DNA of 63,948 bases, filler included, from Octopus bimaculoides (Eukaryota), in NCBI RefSeq assembly GCF_001194135.2. It is 5 parts of 5 records of this genome, joined end to end, with 100 filler letters (N's around TTAATTAATTAA, not from the genome) between each part and the next. Parts side by side here need not be neighbours in the genome. Positions count along the whole stretch, not along the records: positions 54,880 to 62,636 come from NC_069002.1; positions 62,737 to 63,948 come from NC_069000.1; 3 more parts are not named here. One strand, written 5' to 3'. Below are positions 61,759-63,948 of this stretch, one piece after another (the first letter of the stretch is position 1; the number at the start of each line of letters is the position of its first letter). The notes beneath the pieces are model-generated. The model saw only the letters and a program-made list of their open reading frames with translations, was not told where the DNA came from and searched no databases. The position numbers and the translations under genes are program-made.

Positions 61759-62469
61759 AACTATATGTACAAGACCTCAAATTTTAGGGGAAGCAACTAG
61801 GCGATTCCACTGACCCTTTTGCTCAGCGGGTAATTATTTTAAGGATGAAATGCAAGGACAATCATGACAGATTTTGAACATAAACCGTAAAGATGGACAA
61901 AATGCCGCTAAGCATATATATATATATTTATAAAAAAGAAGTTTGAAAACGCAACTATAAAATGAATTTTAATTTATAATTTTCTCAAAGATATTTAACA
62001 TGTTTCGGTTCTTGAAAAAACGAACCTTTTCAAAAATACATATTTAAAAAAAAATGTAATTAAAAGAAAAGTTCATAATTGTTTCTTACTGGTGTCAACA
62101 TGGTCCACGTGGGAGCGTTTTTTGTATGGCCGCAGCCACTTGGCTGAAACACATAAATAAATAAAATATATGCGTGCATGTATATATTATATATATATAT
62201 TTATGGAAATATATATATATATATGTATATATAATGGCATTTGCTATTGCATGTCTACGTCAATAAAGTCGGTAGTGATGAAACAATAAGTTATAATGTT
62301 GGTTTCTGTCCTGCATATCTTATTGTACACATCAGGACTATATTGATGTGAACGCTTGTGAGTGTAGATCAAAGGGCGAGTAGAATTTCTTTCCTATGCA
62401 TAACGTCATGCCATTTTATACAAACCTGTATACTACAAGACTGTGTAATAACTCTGTCTATATATATAT

Positions 62470-62636
62470 CTTTTACTCTTCAGTCATTTGACTGCGGCCA
62501 TGCTGGAGCACCGCCTTTAGTCGAGCAAATCGATCCCAGGACTTATTCTTTGGAAGCCTAATACTTATTCTATCGATCTCTTTTGCAGAACCGCTAAGTT
62601 ACGGGGACGTAAACACACCAGCATCGGGGACAAACA
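62470..62636 (-). mobile_element. SINE family 1, 3' half (runs into linker)
   Basis: cagtcatttgactgcggccatgctggagcaccgcc…. Confidence 0.9.
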
Positions 62637-63004
62637 NNNNNNNNNNNNNNNNNNNNNNNNNNNNNNNNNNNNNNNNNNNNTTAATTAATTAANNNNNNNN
62701 NNNNNNNNNNNNNNNNNNNNNNNNNNNNNNNNNNNNATATCGTATGCATAATGTTGAAAGTCGGAGACTGCTCTGGTCATCTGGGAAAAGATCTTGCTAT
62801 GGACGTATTTTGTTAAAAACACACTATACATAAGGGCTAGACGAAACGAAATCGTCCCGAAAACAACTGCGAGAGTGAGTTTCTGATCTTTCAACGATGC
62901 ACATACATTAAGTATGTCATATAGATGAAATTTTAATCTAGAGTAGCTTCTATTGCTTATTTGAATAAATAAATACATACATACACATACACACATATAT
63001 ACAT

Positions 63005-63238
63005 ATTCTTTTACTTGTTTCAGTCATTTGACTCGGTCATGCTGGAGCACCACCTTAAAGGGTTTTAGTCGAAGAATTCGGCCCCAGGACTTATTCTTTG
63101 TAAGCCTAGTACTTATTCTATCGGTCTGTGTTGCCGAACCACTAAATTATGGGGACATAAACATACCAGCATCGGTTGTCAAGTGATGGAGGGGAGACAA
63201 ACACAGATACACACACATAAATACACACGAGCACACAT

Positions 63239-63278
<40 letters not shown>

Positions 63279-63642
63279 ATAACTATTTCTTTATTGCCCA
63301 CAGGAGGCTAAACATAGAGGGGACAAAAAAGGACAAACAAAGCGATTAAGTCGATTACATCGACCCCGTGCTTAACTGGTACTTATTTAATCGACTCCGA
63401 AAGGATGAAAGGTAAAGCCGACCTCGGCGGAATTTGAACTCAGAACGTAGCGGCAGCCGAATTACCGCTAAGCATTCCGGCCGGCGTGCAAGCGATTCTG
63501 CCAGCTCGCCGCCTAAATCTACGCACAAGGCTTTGGTTGGTCCGATGCTATAGTAGAAAACAGTGCCCAAGGTGCCACGCAGTAGGACTGAACCCGGAAC
63601 CATGTGCTTGGGAAGCAATCTTCTTACCACACAGCCACGCCT
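63005..63642 (-). mobile_element. SINE family 1 with nested SINE family 2 (tail C, 63283-63514)
   Basis: Family-1 tail at 63005-63210 and head at 63520-63642 flank a complete family-2 copy. Confidence 0.88.
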
Positions 63643-63948
63643 ACACACGCACACTCACAGACATACATAAGGAAACGCTTACTGTGCAACAAAAGCTCTG
63701 CCTTAGTTGCGAGAAAGTATAAACGGAGGAGTTGATGTTAATCTTTTCAACTAATCTTTCTCTTCCTGTTTCTCAGTTGATGTCAGTTTATAGCAAAGCA
63801 CCAACATTGAGGAAATGGTCGGATAGGAGTAAACAAATAAAACACCCACTCTATTGAACAGGTGTGTCTGTGTGTATGTGAATGTATATGCATACGTATG
63901 TGTAACACATGTATATATGTGAATATGTGTGTGTATATATATATATAT

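Overview
AT-rich, repeat-dense eukaryotic non-coding DNA (intergenic or deep intronic), about 10% N gaps. The SINE and LINE repertoire matches what I recognise from octopod cephalopods (Octopus sp.); this is inference from repeat motifs, not a database result. I find no confidently supported host protein-coding gene, tRNA or rRNA gene, and nearly all ORF-track entries are microsatellite or gap artefacts. The window holds dozens of tRNA-derived SINEs of at least four families, and decayed LINEs: R4/Dong-like with a restriction-like endonuclease (RLE), RTE, RTE-X-like and CR1-type. It also holds a Helitron helicase fragment, maT and mariner transposase fragments, MITEs and a probable solo LTR. 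Four 44N-TTAATTAATTAA-44N scaffold linkers split the window into five independently assembled pieces. The strongest candidate for an undescribed system is a 1.7-kb non-coding element (28024-29719) bounded by ~180-bp direct repeats. It carries a type I hammerhead ribozyme with an intact core and an unusually long, rod-like helix II, resembling a Penelope pseudo-LTR or retrozyme. Also notable: (TAA/ATT)n arrays appear to act as shared, strand-polarised landing pads for R4/Dong-like LINEs and for a ~13-copy head-to-tail SINE stack.
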